IMG/VR virus record: IMGVR_UViG_3300045278_000064
Source of the DNA: a virus
DNA length: 64,000 nt
Strand: one strand, 5' to 3'
Shown: positions 27,328 through 36,277 of the stretch, piece after piece
Layout of the letters: every line of letters begins with the position of its first letter
Position numbering within the stretch: position 1 is the stretch's first letter
Notes under the pieces: model-generated
Told to the model about the DNA's origin: nothing
The model's input: only the letters and a program-made list of their open reading frames with translations
The model's database searches: none
Position numbers and translations under genes: made by a program

Positions 27328-27933
27328 TCAGTCGAAGATGTCGTCCTCGTCCTCGTCGTCGTCCCCCGGGCCGGCGGGGAGGCCGGTGCGGGCGCTGGGG
27401 GAGAGGCCGAGCTCGCGGATGTACGTCTTCAGCTGCACGCGGTACTGGCCGGCGACGGTCGTCAGCGGGTTCTTCGCGGCGCCGCGCTGGCCCATCACGA
27501 TCAGGCCGACGCGGGCGAGCTCGTGCTCGCACCACTCGAGGCGGGCGACGCACACGCACAGGTCCACGACGATGGACCAGTCCGGGTCGGAGAGGCCGAT
27601 GGAGTTGCGGAGGATCGGGACGACGCGCCGCCACTCCTCCGAGGCCCGCTTGCGCACGAAGCGGGTGCCGTTGATCGCCTGGCGGCGGAGCTCGTACGCC
27701 TCGAGCTGCTTGTCGTAGCGGTACTGCCGCTGGGTGAAGTGCTCGATCGACTCGTCCTGCTCCCGCTCCGGCTCCTTCGGCCGCCGCGGCGCCTTCGCCT
27801 CCGGAAACTCCCGCGCCCAGTTCGGCTCGGGGAAGTCCGACGGCGGGAGCTTCACGCCCTCCTCGACGGGCCGGTGGCTCGGGTTGCCCTCGCGGAGCAC
27901 GGCGAGCGCCGGGCGCGCAGCGGGGCCGGCCAT
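27328..27933 (-). CDS. terS: Terminase small subunit (P27 family)
   Basis: LREGNPSHRP; KNPL; ELGLSPSAR; AGGAGG SD. Confidence 0.85.
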   Translation of the reverse strand: MAGPAARPALAVLREGNPSHRPVEEGVKLPPSDFPEPNWAREFPEAKAPRRPKEPEREQDESIEHFTQRQYRYDKQLEAYELRRQAINGTRFVRKRASEEWRRVVPILRNSIGLSDPDWSIVVDLCVCVARLEWCEHELARVGLIVMGQRGAAKNPLTTVAGQYRVQLKTYIRELGLSPSARTGLPAGPGDDDEDEDDIFD

Positions 27934-28065
27934 CGAGCACCTCCTCGGCGTGATCAGGCGCGTCCAGGGGACCCCCTGATCAGAACTGTCCAACCTGCGG
28001 GGGCACGAGTTCTCCTCCCCGGCGGTCCCGGAGGGGGCGGGGGGAGGGGGTCCCCCCACCCATCA

Positions 28066-28304
28066 CCGCAGGTCAGGGGCTCGCGGCTCGCGGCGCGCGA
28101 GCGACGGCGCGCGCGGCGCGGCGAACGAACCCGCAGGTCAACGCTTCGCCGCCTCGATGGTCCTCGACCCGAGCGCGAGCGGACCCGCAGGTCAGAGGGT
28201 CGAGACGAGCCAGTCGACGCGCGACGCGCCCAGCAAACCCGCAGGTCAGAGCGTCGGGCGAGCGGCGCGAGCGAGCCGTGAAGCGAGCGCATCGCCGCAG
28301 GTGA
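28066..28304. repeat. Five CCGCAGGT(C/G)A repeats in the putative packaging region
   Basis: Copies start at 28066, 28131, 28185, 28239, 28295. Confidence 0.8.
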
Positions 28305-28357
28305 CGCGCCCGAGGTCGGGACCGGAGCCGGTCCCTCGCGGGTCCGGCACGTGCGGG

Positions 28358-28708
28358 TCACCGGGCGTTGCCCCGCCACCTCACCGCACGCCCAGCAGCA
28401 CGGAGGTTGCACAGGCGATGCGCCGGCCCGAGATACCCGGACCGGTCGTCCGTGTGGTCGGGTGACCAGGGTGTGCCCGGCACGATGGTCTCCCCGCACC
28501 GCACGCACCGCGCCGTGCCCGACGCGACGATGGGCGCCCATCGCTCACGCTCCCGGTCGTGCTCGCGGCCGTAGCCGCGCTGCTGCCTCGTGCCGCGCAC
28601 CCGCTCATGCCGGGAGGCGTGCTCCGTGCAGTACCTCTCGCCGACCCCGATGGTGTCGGGGCATCCCGGCACAGGGCACGGCCGGCGCGGTGCGCGAGGC
28701 ATGGCCAC
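28358..28708 (-). CDS. Packaging-associated HNH endonuclease
   Basis: CPVPGC..YCTEH; QRGYGREH; CVRCG..WSPDH..GPAHRLCN; directly upstream of terS. Confidence 0.8.
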   Translation of the reverse strand: MAMPRAPRRPCPVPGCPDTIGVGERYCTEHASRHERVRGTRQQRGYGREHDRERERWAPIVASGTARCVRCGETIVPGTPWSPDHTDDRSGYLGPAHRLCNLRAAGRAVRWRGNAR

Positions 28709-28974
28709 CTCCCACGATCAGCACGCCGACGGGCCACCCCAGTGGAGTGGGCTGCGGGTGACCCGCCGGCCGTGCAGGACGCTCTTGGCGAGGGGGAGCC
28801 GAGGCGGAGCGCCTACGCACCCGGCAGCCGAGGCGGGTGATCACACGGTCACCACCACCTCGGTCAAGGGCCTGCACCTCACACCCCGGACATGCGAGAA
28901 CCCCGGGAGCCGCGGGGGCTCGACCGGGGTTCTCGACCTGGATCAGGGCATGCTGAACACGCGCTCGCAGGTTA

Positions 28975-29799
28975 CTACACGCCCACGCCCCGTGCACTCA
29001 CCCCCTCAGCATCTCGGCGTGTCCGCACATGCCCGCGCACCCGATGGAACTCCGCGAGCTCGTCGGCGCCGTACCGGCCCCGCTCATCAGGCAGCGCGAA
29101 GAACACCGGCTCGACCCGCACCGGTACGCCCGCCTCACGGGACTCCCGCTTCGAGTCCTCCCGAGCCCGCACCTTCGCCCTCGAGCGATGCGCCTTGATC
29201 CGATCCGAGATCCCCGGCCAGAAGTGATCCGCCTCCGCCGGCGTCATCCGGTACGAGCCCGGCGCCTCGTCGAGCATCGCCCGCATGTGGTCCTCGATCA
29301 GCGCCGGGTCCACCGTCCTCGGCTCGACGCGCTCCACCTCGCCGACGAGAGACCGCAGCAGACCGAGCGTCTGCCCCAGCCGCGCCTCGACCCACCGAGC
29401 CAGCTCCTCGTGCGCCACGATCCACCGCGCCGCCGACTTCACGAACTCCACCGCCGCCGCCATCGACTCGCCCGGCACCGAGCGCTCACCCTGCCACTCC
29501 CGCACCGCGTCGGCGATGTCGCGCAGCACCGTCACCGGATGCGGCAGGTCATCACCCTCGGTCGCATGCTCCGACACCGGCCCGAGCAGGGCCAGCGCCC
29601 GTCCGCCCGGTAACGGCCGCTCGCTCGACCTCGCCGGAGCCATCGACAGCGACGACCGCCCGATCGACAGCATCACGTCCGACACCTCGCCCACCAGCCG
29701 CGGCACCTCATCCAGCTCGTTCCTCAGACGGTTCACCCGGTTCTCGAAGTCCCAGGCCTCATGCGCATCCGTCTCCACAGCTCCTCCTCCACTACTCAC
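28975..29799 (-). CDS. Hypothetical protein (positional candidate for a late regulator)
   Basis: Last gene of the early operon; codon bias consistent with coding. Confidence 0.55.
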   Translation of the reverse strand: MSSGGGAVETDAHEAWDFENRVNRLRNELDEVPRLVGEVSDVMLSIGRSSLSMAPARSSERPLPGGRALALLGPVSEHATEGDDLPHPVTVLRDIADAVREWQGERSVPGESMAAAVEFVKSAARWIVAHEELARWVEARLGQTLGLLRSLVGEVERVEPRTVDPALIEDHMRAMLDEAPGSYRMTPAEADHFWPGISDRIKAHRSRAKVRAREDSKRESREAGVPVRVEPVFFALPDERGRYGADELAEFHRVRGHVRTRRDAEGVSARGVGV

Positions 29800-31052
29800 C
29801 GTCTACCCCTCCGTCTCCTGCCACGCTTCCTACGTCTCCCAGCACCGGGGGCCGCCTGGCCGGCGGCCTCCCGTGCCGTCCCTACCCGGTCCGTCCCGAC
29901 CCGACCCGACCCGTCCCTGCCCGTCCCGGCGTTTCCGGAAGCCGCACCCTCAGCTTCCAGAAGCGTTCTGGAAGCGGTGTTCGCGCTGGTCGGGGCCGGG
30001 TCTTGCGCTACCTGAAATGCGACCTCGGCGCGAGGCAGACGCTCCGCTCGCACTCCCGAGGGATCGCCCGCGCGCTGGTCGCCGCTGGTGTGCGGCGCCG
30101 CGTCTGCAGACGTCTCGGGAGCGCGAGCGGGGTCCTGGCGCTCGCGCTGGTGGTCACGGTCGGCCGCCGAGCCCCGCGCAGTCCCCGCGCGCTGGTCGCC
30201 GCTGGATGCGGACGCCGCGTCTGCAGATCGCGTCTGGGAGGCAGATCGCTGTTCGCCGCTGGGTGCGGTCGCCGCGTGCTCTGCTCGCTCGGTGGTACCG
30301 ACGCCCTCGAGGGGCTTCGCGTCGGGTCGGGTCTGGCTGCCCGGCTTTCGATCCTTCGCGCCGCGAGAGCGCTTCGGGATCACCAGACCCAGGTCGGTGA
30401 ACACCGTGCCCTGGTCCTTGAACCACTCGAGGGTGGTCGAGGAGTAGTAGCGCTGCTGCTCGGACGGAGGGGGAAGCAGCGGGTAACGCGGACCGCGGTC
30501 GCCTTCCCCGTCTCCCCGCCCAGAGTTGCAACCCCTGCACGCCACGACCAGCTCATCGATGCTCCGAGCGCGATGCCCGGGGATCAGGTGGTCATAGGTG
30601 CCGGCACGGTTGCCGCGGCGCATCCCGAACGAGACGACCTTGCCGCAGTAGCGGCACGCGTCCCCATCCCGGACCCGCACCGGGATCACCAGCGACAGGT
30701 CCGACGTGTCAGCCTTCCGCTCGTTCTCCCACGTGATCTCCTCGCGGGTCCTCATGTGCAAGAACTCCGCATCGGCGACGAGGTGGATGACCCTCTTGCC
30801 GTCTTCCTCGCCGAGCGACAGCAGCCCGGCGCGGGCCGCCTGATCCAGGAGCTGCTGGAAGCGGGGGCTGAGCACCATCGCAGTGCCCATCGAGATCCGG
30901 TAGTCCGTGCCCTGCTGTGCCGCCTGCAGGAACAGGCGCATCACGAAGCCGAACACCTCGTTCACGGACCGCTCGTCGGCATCCACGAGCTCAGCGACGC
31001 CGAGCACGCGCTCGTCCATCGCCGCGGTATCACCCGCTCTTAACCAGGCCAC
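29796..31052 (-). CDS. Replication initiator-like protein with an internal HNH domain
   Basis: MAWLRAGD N-terminus; RVRDGDACRYCG..TYDHL..VVACRGCN; GRDGSGRVG low-complexity tail. Confidence 0.7.
   Translation of the reverse strand: MAWLRAGDTAAMDERVLGVAELVDADERSVNEVFGFVMRLFLQAAQQGTDYRISMGTAMVLSPRFQQLLDQAARAGLLSLGEEDGKRVIHLVADAEFLHMRTREEITWENERKADTSDLSLVIPVRVRDGDACRYCGKVVSFGMRRGNRAGTYDHLIPGHRARSIDELVVACRGCNSGRGDGEGDRGPRYPLLPPPSEQQRYYSSTTLEWFKDQGTVFTDLGLVIPKRSRGAKDRKPGSQTRPDAKPLEGVGTTERAEHAATAPSGEQRSASQTRSADAASASSGDQRAGTARGSAADRDHQRERQDPARAPETSADAAPHTSGDQRAGDPSGVRAERLPRAEVAFQVAQDPAPTSANTASRTLLEAEGAASGNAGTGRDGSGRVGTDRVGTAREAAGQAAPGAGRRRKRGRRRRGRR
30067..30277. repeat. Iteron-like repeats inside the initiator gene (putative ori)
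   Basis: 22-bp exact repeat at 30067 and 30184; TCGCCGCTGG core at 30079, 30196, 30253. Confidence 0.65.
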
Positions 31053-31146
31053 AGGCCCACTCCTTCGTCAGTCGCTGCATGAACATTCGCCCGTGACGGG
31101 GTTGATCACCCGGTCACAGGAACCGCAGATCTCTCGGCATCTCGCA

Positions 31147-31440
31147 TCACCTCCTCCCTCTCGGGGCGCGGCCGTTGTGGATCAGTGGCCGCGTGGGCCG
31201 GGGGCTGGGCTCGCCGAAGGTGCGCGCGAAGCGGCGCAGCGCGGCGGCCAGCTGGTCCATGGGAGCGCCGGAGACGGACTCGAGCCGAGCGAGCGCCGCG
31301 CCGAGCGCCGCCTGGAACCCCTCGAGCTCAGGCGTGATCGTGACGACGACGTACTGGGCCCGCCTCTCGCTGTAGGCCGACCGCGCACGACGCTCCGCGC
31401 GCCGGATACGCCGACCCACGCGCCGCTGCTCCGCCCTCAT
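31147..31440 (-). CDS. Hypothetical protein
   Basis: ATGA overlap with the upstream stop. Confidence 0.5.
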   Translation of the reverse strand: MRAEQRRVGRRIRRAERRARSAYSERRAQYVVVTITPELEGFQAALGAALARLESVSGAPMDQLAAALRRFARTFGEPSPRPTRPLIHNGRAPRGRR

Positions 31441-31808
31441 GCCTGGTCCGCGCAATCGGCGAGCGCCTCGGCGTCGTCGCCGGGGTCGGTGGCGTGCGCA
31501 CTGTGCTGCCAGGGGGTGATGTAGAGGGTCTTGCGGCGCCGACGGCGGGTGGTCTCGCGGATCTGCTCGACCTCGACCTCGGTGGGGGTGAGGGCGATCC
31601 AGGTAGTGCCCCAGTGGATGAGGCGTGCCTCGAACTCGATCTCCTGTCGGCCGGTGACCTCCCAGACGGGATGGCCGTCGAGTTCGCCGGCGCGCACGAG
31701 CGCGATCGGCGGGCCGTCGGTGCCGGGGGTGGTGAGGATCGCGGTGTCGGGGAGGAGGCTGATCTGCTCGGTGCTCTCGATGGGCGTCTGGACCCAGATG
31801 GTGGTCAT
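31437..31808 (-). CDS. Paralogue C of a tandem triplet
   Basis: IESTEQISLLP...EVEVEQIRET..KTLYITPW. Confidence 0.7.
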   Translation of the reverse strand: MTTIWVQTPIESTEQISLLPDTAILTTPGTDGPPIALVRAGELDGHPVWEVTGRQEIEFEARLIHWGTTWIALTPTEVEVEQIRETTRRRRRKTLYITPWQHSAHATDPGDDAEALADCADQA

Positions 31809-32131
31809 GCTTCCTCCCAGGGGGTGACGAGGCGGCGAAGGGTGATCGGCTCCCGGCCTGCTACGCGCCGGATCGCGTCTCCGAGCGGCGTGGAGGGGCT
31901 ACGCATCGACTCCTCGGTTGCTTCGATGGGCACGAGGGCCTCCATGCCGACCGCCTCCTGATGGCCGAAGGTGTCGGGATTGGTGCCGGTGAACTCCCAG
32001 CCACCGCGGACCCGGATGCCCGCCTGGTCTTCCATGCCGTGGCGCGGGTGGTGAACGACGGGCGTCCCGATGGGTAGCGCCTCGGCCTGCTCAGCGGACT
32101 CGATCACCACCGACCGGTACAGGGTGGTCAT
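31805..32131 (-). CDS. Paralogue B of a tandem triplet
   Basis: IESAEQAEALPIGT...ALVPIE...LVTPW. Confidence 0.7.
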   Translation of the reverse strand: MTTLYRSVVIESAEQAEALPIGTPVVHHPRHGMEDQAGIRVRGGWEFTGTNPDTFGHQEAVGMEALVPIEATEESMRSPSTPLGDAIRRVAGREPITLRRLVTPWEEA

Positions 32132-32454
32132 GCTGCGTCCTCGCTCCACGGGCTGACGAAGAGGGTCTTCAGGCGGCGACGGCCACCGGTCTCGCGGAGC
32201 TGCTCGACCTCGACCTCGACGGGCACGAGCGCCGTCCAGCCCACCATGTGGGCGTCGCCAGCTGTGCACTGCGAACGGACCAGCCACAGGGGCACGCCTT
32301 CCGAGGTCTCCTCGGGGCCGACCTTGACCGCGGCGGCGTTCTCGAAGGCGGCGGGCCGCTCCGGGCCGAGGAGCGCGATCGTCCCGACCGGCAGTGCTTC
32401 GGCCTGCTCGGCGCTGGTGATCGGCGTCGGGACGTAGATCGTCGAGGTGCTCAT
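32128..32454 (-). CDS. Paralogue A of a tandem triplet
   Basis: ITSAEQAEALPVGT...ALVPVEVEVEQLRET..KTLFVSPW. Confidence 0.7.
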   Translation of the reverse strand: MSTSTIYVPTPITSAEQAEALPVGTIALLGPERPAAFENAAAVKVGPEETSEGVPLWLVRSQCTAGDAHMVGWTALVPVEVEVEQLRETGGRRRLKTLFVSPWSEDAA

Positions 32455-32657
32455 GCGTCACCGTCCTCGCGCTCGAGCGCGGCGGTGAGCTCGCGGACGG
32501 CGTCGGCGTGGTCGAGGATCGCCCACGCGATCATCGCTGTGGACGCCACCTGAGCTTGCTCAGGACGCAGCGGCGTCCGGCTCACGTCCTCAGCGATCCG
32601 GGCAGCGGACAGTGCGAACGGGCGGTCCTTGACGTGCTTCTTGAGCTTGGGGTCCAT
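32451..32657 (-). CDS. Hypothetical protein
   Basis: MDPKLKKH...; start and stop overlaps on both sides. Confidence 0.55.
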   Translation of the reverse strand: MDPKLKKHVKDRPFALSAARIAEDVSRTPLRPEQAQVASTAMIAWAILDHADAVRELTAALEREDGDA

Positions 32658-32950
32658 CAGAGTCGGCTCCAATCGATCTCGCGGGTGTGGATGAGCATCG
32701 GCAGGCCCAGGAGGGTGCCGTGGAGGACGTTGTCGTCCGTGATCGGGAGCCCGAGGCCCTGCGCGCGGAGGCTGAACAGCAGCACGCCTGGGGAGCGGTG
32801 CAGACGCCACGGCTTGCCGTAGACGCGGTCCGCCCAGTCGGTGATGCGGAACATCGCGGCCGGCTTCTCGTCACCGACCTTCGACTCCTTCATCAGCAGC
32901 GGCACGACCTCGCCGGCGTACGGGTGCGGGTCCTCATGAACGTCGCGCAC
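32657..32950 (-). CDS. Hypothetical protein
   Basis: ORF within the coupled early operon. Confidence 0.6.
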   Translation of the reverse strand: MRDVHEDPHPYAGEVVPLLMKESKVGDEKPAAMFRITDWADRVYGKPWRLHRSPGVLLFSLRAQGLGLPITDDNVLHGTLLGLPMLIHTREIDWSRL

Positions 32951-33158
32951 GGGGGCTCCTTCGGGGTCGGACGGCGGGGCGGAAGTAGCAGCCCTGGCAG
33001 TCGGGATCGGTGCTGAGCGCGGCCATGTCGTCCAAGAGGACGGGCATACCGCAGAGGGTGAAGCGAGCGCCGTCGTCGGGATCCCCGTGCTGGGCGACGA
33101 GGTGCGCGACGCGGCCGCGGCGCAGCCGGACCCGCGCGCCCGGGCGGTGGCGGCTCAC
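32934..33158 (-). CDS. Small Cys/His (Zn-binding?) protein
   Basis: VAHL...TLCG...CQGC. Confidence 0.5.
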   Translation of the reverse strand: MSRHRPGARVRLRRGRVAHLVAQHGDPDDGARFTLCGMPVLLDDMAALSTDPDCQGCYFRPAVRPRRSPRARRS

Positions 33159-34000
33159 CGGTCCTCACCGCCCCCGGCGAGCGCGCGCTCGATCTCGGGG
33201 ACCGTCTCGGCGAGGGAAGTCGCTGCCTCTTGGAGGTGCTTGATCGAGTAGCGGAGGTTGCCCAGGCGTCCGGCCTCGGCGCCGGTCGCGGCGGCGAGGC
33301 GGAGGGCGCGCTGGAAGTCGCGCACGCTGATCTGCCGCTTCTCGAGGTCGGACCGGAAGGATGCGAGCTCGAAGCCGAGCTCCTTCTCCAGGCGTGTGAG
33401 GTCGTCGAGGCGGTGCTGGTCCTCGAGGCTCGCCTGGGTGGGGGCCTTGCGCTTCTCGAGGTGCGCGGTGCGCTCGGCGACCTGGGCCCGGACGATGCGC
33501 TGGATCTCGTCGTGGCGCTGCTCGTGCTCGAGCGTCTCGAGGCGGGCCATGAGCGAGCGCACGGCCCACCACGGCGGGTTGTAGTCGGTCTTCACGCGGG
33601 CCTTCACCGCGATCTGCATGCGGCGGCCGCGCGCGGTGCGGGGCGGGAGCATCAGCCCCCAGCCGTCGGGGAGCTCCTCGGGCGGGACGACCTCGGTCGA
33701 GGGCGCGACGATCCACCACTGGTGGCAGGCGTCCGCCCAGGCGTCGGCCTTCCCGACCTTCGCGAGCTCGGCCCGCCAGTCCGCGCGCGAAACCTTCAGC
33801 TCGTGGCCGACGAGGATCCGCCCCGACGCCGAGGTGAAGCCCGCGTAGAGCGCGTCCGCGCGCCGGATCCCCGGACCGCCCCACGAGCCGTTCGGCGAAA
33901 CCTCATGCGCGAACACCCCGCCCCGGCGCGCGCCCGGCTGGGTGGTCTCCGCGATGTAGTGCCCGCGGAGCTGCTCGAGTAACTGCGCCGTCGCGCTCAT
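33155..34000 (-). CDS. MmcB-like PD-(D/E)XK nuclease-fold protein
   Basis: FAHEV...RRADAL...GHELKVSRADWRAEL...CHQWWIVAP. Confidence 0.55.
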   Translation of the reverse strand: MSATAQLLEQLRGHYIAETTQPGARRGGVFAHEVSPNGSWGGPGIRRADALYAGFTSASGRILVGHELKVSRADWRAELAKVGKADAWADACHQWWIVAPSTEVVPPEELPDGWGLMLPPRTARGRRMQIAVKARVKTDYNPPWWAVRSLMARLETLEHEQRHDEIQRIVRAQVAERTAHLEKRKAPTQASLEDQHRLDDLTRLEKELGFELASFRSDLEKRQISVRDFQRALRLAAATGAEAGRLGNLRYSIKHLQEAATSLAETVPEIERALAGGGEDR

Positions 34001-34857
34001 CGCTGATCACCGCCCGCGGCGCGTGCCTTGCGCGCGGCGAGCAGGGACATGTGGGCCCGGTGCTGCTGGTGGCCGTCGTTGGCCCATCGGCCGGGCACCC
34101 CGCAGGAGCACCCGATGAGGCGCCGGCCGGGCTCGGTCTCGAAGTCGTTGACGGGCATATGGGCGACCCACGCCCGTGCGGCCGCGGCCGTCTCGGGCCC
34201 GGATGGGTCGCGGAGTGCTTCCTCGGCGAGCGCGTCGCTGATCGCGTGGACGACGTCGGGGGAGGTGATGTCGGAGTGGCCGCGGATCGCGGCGTCGACG
34301 ATCGGGTCGAACGCCTCGGCTCCCTCGGGTCGAGCCGGGACGGTGAACGCGGCGGTGAGGATCGCGCGGATCAGCCGCTCGGAGCCGTGCGGATACGCAG
34401 TGCGTCCCCGCTCGACCATCTCGTCGGTGATGTCGGCGGGCGTGAGGGGGCGGGGCTCGGCCTCCAGCTCCGAGCGGCTCATGTCGGCGTCATGCTGGGC
34501 GTCGTGGAGCTGCCGGGACAGGGACTCCGCTTCCCGCCGCGCCTCGTCCCGCTCCTTCTCGGCCTTCTCCGCGAGGGCACGCTGGGCGGAGCACGAGCAC
34601 GGGGTGACCGCGGCGATGGCGCGCGAGAGCGCCACGATGTCGTGCAGTTCGGGGTCCGGGCACTCCCGCACCGGGGACCAGCCCGCCGCGGCCATCTCGT
34701 CGTCGGAGTACACGAACCCCCACGAGGTGTGCCACAGGCCCGCATTCGAACGCCACGCCTTCCCCCCGTGCGAGTCGGTCGCGAACCGCGCCTTGGCGAA
34801 GTCGGCGGCGTCGTGCTTCTCGTGGCGCTGGTACGCGCCGAGGGTCCTGTCGCTCAT
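33997..34857 (-). CDS. Hypothetical mosaic protein
   Basis: ATGA-coupled; central coiled coil. Confidence 0.55.
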   Translation of the reverse strand: MSDRTLGAYQRHEKHDAADFAKARFATDSHGGKAWRSNAGLWHTSWGFVYSDDEMAAAGWSPVRECPDPELHDIVALSRAIAAVTPCSCSAQRALAEKAEKERDEARREAESLSRQLHDAQHDADMSRSELEAEPRPLTPADITDEMVERGRTAYPHGSERLIRAILTAAFTVPARPEGAEAFDPIVDAAIRGHSDITSPDVVHAISDALAEEALRDPSGPETAAAARAWVAHMPVNDFETEPGRRLIGCSCGVPGRWANDGHQQHRAHMSLLAARKARAAGGDQR

Positions 34858-35261
34858 GCCTGGTCCTCGCTTCCGGGCAGGATGATGGGGATCACGCGGT
34901 CGGGGCCGAAGATCGCGCCCGCCTCGTCGATCGGGTCGAAGTGGATCCACTGGCCGGACAGGTCCGGCACCTCGTGCAGGGGGCCGTGCTCGGCGCTGAT
35001 CTGCTCGACCCACCCGAGCACCGCCTCCTCCTTCCCGGCGTCTGGGACGGCGTCGAGGTCCAGCGGCGGGAGGACAGCGACCCACGGGCACGCCTCGCGG
35101 ACGTGAGGCTCGACGAAGCGGCCCGCACGCGGGAGCTGGTGCGTCATCAGGTCGTCGTCGAGCAGCCCGTTCAGGGCCTCGTAGACCTCGCCGATGCCGC
35201 AGGCGAGTCGGCCGTCGCCGAGGGTGATGATCTGTCCGGTGGTCAGGGTCTTGTCGGTCAT
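34854..35261 (-). CDS. Hypothetical protein
   Basis: MTDKTLTTGQII..LMTHQLPR; overlap-coupled. Confidence 0.6.
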   Translation of the reverse strand: MTDKTLTTGQIITLGDGRLACGIGEVYEALNGLLDDDLMTHQLPRAGRFVEPHVREACPWVAVLPPLDLDAVPDAGKEEAVLGWVEQISAEHGPLHEVPDLSGQWIHFDPIDEAGAIFGPDRVIPIILPGSEDQA

Positions 35262-35383
35262 CAGGCTCCTCCTCCGAGGGCGAGGCCGACCGCGGTCAGC
35301 GCGGCAGCGGCGAGGGCCAGGGCGGTGGCGTACTGGGTCGCGGCGTGATGGAGCGCGGCCAGGTACAAGCGGGTGAGGGTCAT
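35261..35383 (-). CDS. Small hydrophobic peptide
   Basis: 40 aa; overlaps on both sides. Confidence 0.45.
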   Translation of the reverse strand: MTLTRLYLAALHHAATQYATALALAAAALTAVGLALGGGA

Positions 35384-35706
35384 CGGGGGTCTCCATTCGC
35401 GAGTTCGAGCAGGACATCGGCGTGACAGGGGGAGTCGAGGGGGCACCAGCACATGAGGTCTTTCCCGCGGAGCTCGGTGAGGATCTGACCGGGGCCGGGG
35501 TACTCGGGGTGCAGGACGTAGAGGTCGTAGCGGAACTGGTTCACGATGAATCCGGCCACCTGCTCGGAAGTGAGCGAAGGGAAGCGGCGGGCGCACTCCA
35601 TCGCCGAGAACGGGTTGCCCCACTTCGTCGGTCGGCCGACGGCGACCGCGCCCTCGGGCTTCCGCCACCCCTTCGTGCGGCGCTGCTGGATCCTCTGCGG
35701 GCTCAT
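35380..35706 (-). CDS. DUF4326-family protein
   Basis: VGRPTKWGNPF...LRGKDLMCWCPLDSPCHADVL. Confidence 0.8.
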   Translation of the reverse strand: MSPQRIQQRRTKGWRKPEGAVAVGRPTKWGNPFSAMECARRFPSLTSEQVAGFIVNQFRYDLYVLHPEYPGPGQILTELRGKDLMCWCPLDSPCHADVLLELANGDPR

Positions 35707-36125
35707 CGGGCGCTCTCCTTCCTCCACCACGCGGGTGGGGTGATGGTGGCCGTGCCGTGGATGGGCTGGACGCCAGGGGCCTCGGCACGGAAGTGGACGG
35801 TGATCGGGTCGCCGGTCGGCTGCTCGGCGAAGACGTGCTGCACGAGGCCCGTCGCGCCCCAGGGGTCCAGGGCGTGCTCGGTGGTGCGGGCGTCCGGCCC
35901 GATCGAGACCGTGAGCACCAGGCCCGGCACCGGCTGGCCGTCGCGGGTCCGCACGCGGGTGTTCGTGTAGATCGCGCAGGGCTCGGCACCGACGGTGGCG
36001 GTGAGGTTCGTGAAGGCGAGGACGTCTCGCAGCGTGCTCGCGGCGATCGCGGGCGCGGCGACGGCGGCGAGGACGGTCGGGGCGCCCCACGCGGTGGCGC
36101 GGAGGAGGGAGCGGCGAGGGATCAT
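35703..36125 (-). CDS. Protein with a Tat-type signal peptide and a beta-rich domain
   Basis: MIPRRSLLRATAWGAPTVLAAVAAPAIAAS. Confidence 0.65.
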   Translation of the reverse strand: MIPRRSLLRATAWGAPTVLAAVAAPAIAASTLRDVLAFTNLTATVGAEPCAIYTNTRVRTRDGQPVPGLVLTVSIGPDARTTEHALDPWGATGLVQHVFAEQPTGDPITVHFRAEAPGVQPIHGTATITPPAWWRKESAR

Positions 36126-36277
36126 CGCGGCGCCTTCGGGAGTGGGTGGTGGGTGACGGTGACGGCCGGCTGGGCACCGGGCGCCGCGGTGACGGTCTGC
36201 GAGGGCCGGCACGGGCAGTCGAGGTCCCGGTCGTGGCGGCACGCCTCGCGGGACGGGATCGAGTGGACGACCTGCAT
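36122..36277 (-). CDS. Small Cys/His peptide
   Basis: CRHDRDLDCPCRP; overlap-coupled. Confidence 0.5.
   Translation of the reverse strand: MQVVHSIPSREACRHDRDLDCPCRPSQTVTAAPGAQPAVTVTHHPLPKAPR

Noticed and set aside
28066-28304. Regularly spaced repeats as a possible CRISPR array
   Set aside because: Repeat is only 10 bp, spacing is uneven, no cas genes; location fits a packaging site
30067-30277. Repeats as a CRISPR array or DGR template/variable repeat
   Set aside because: They lie within a coding frame, show no adenine-specific mismatch pattern, and no reverse transcriptase is present in the window
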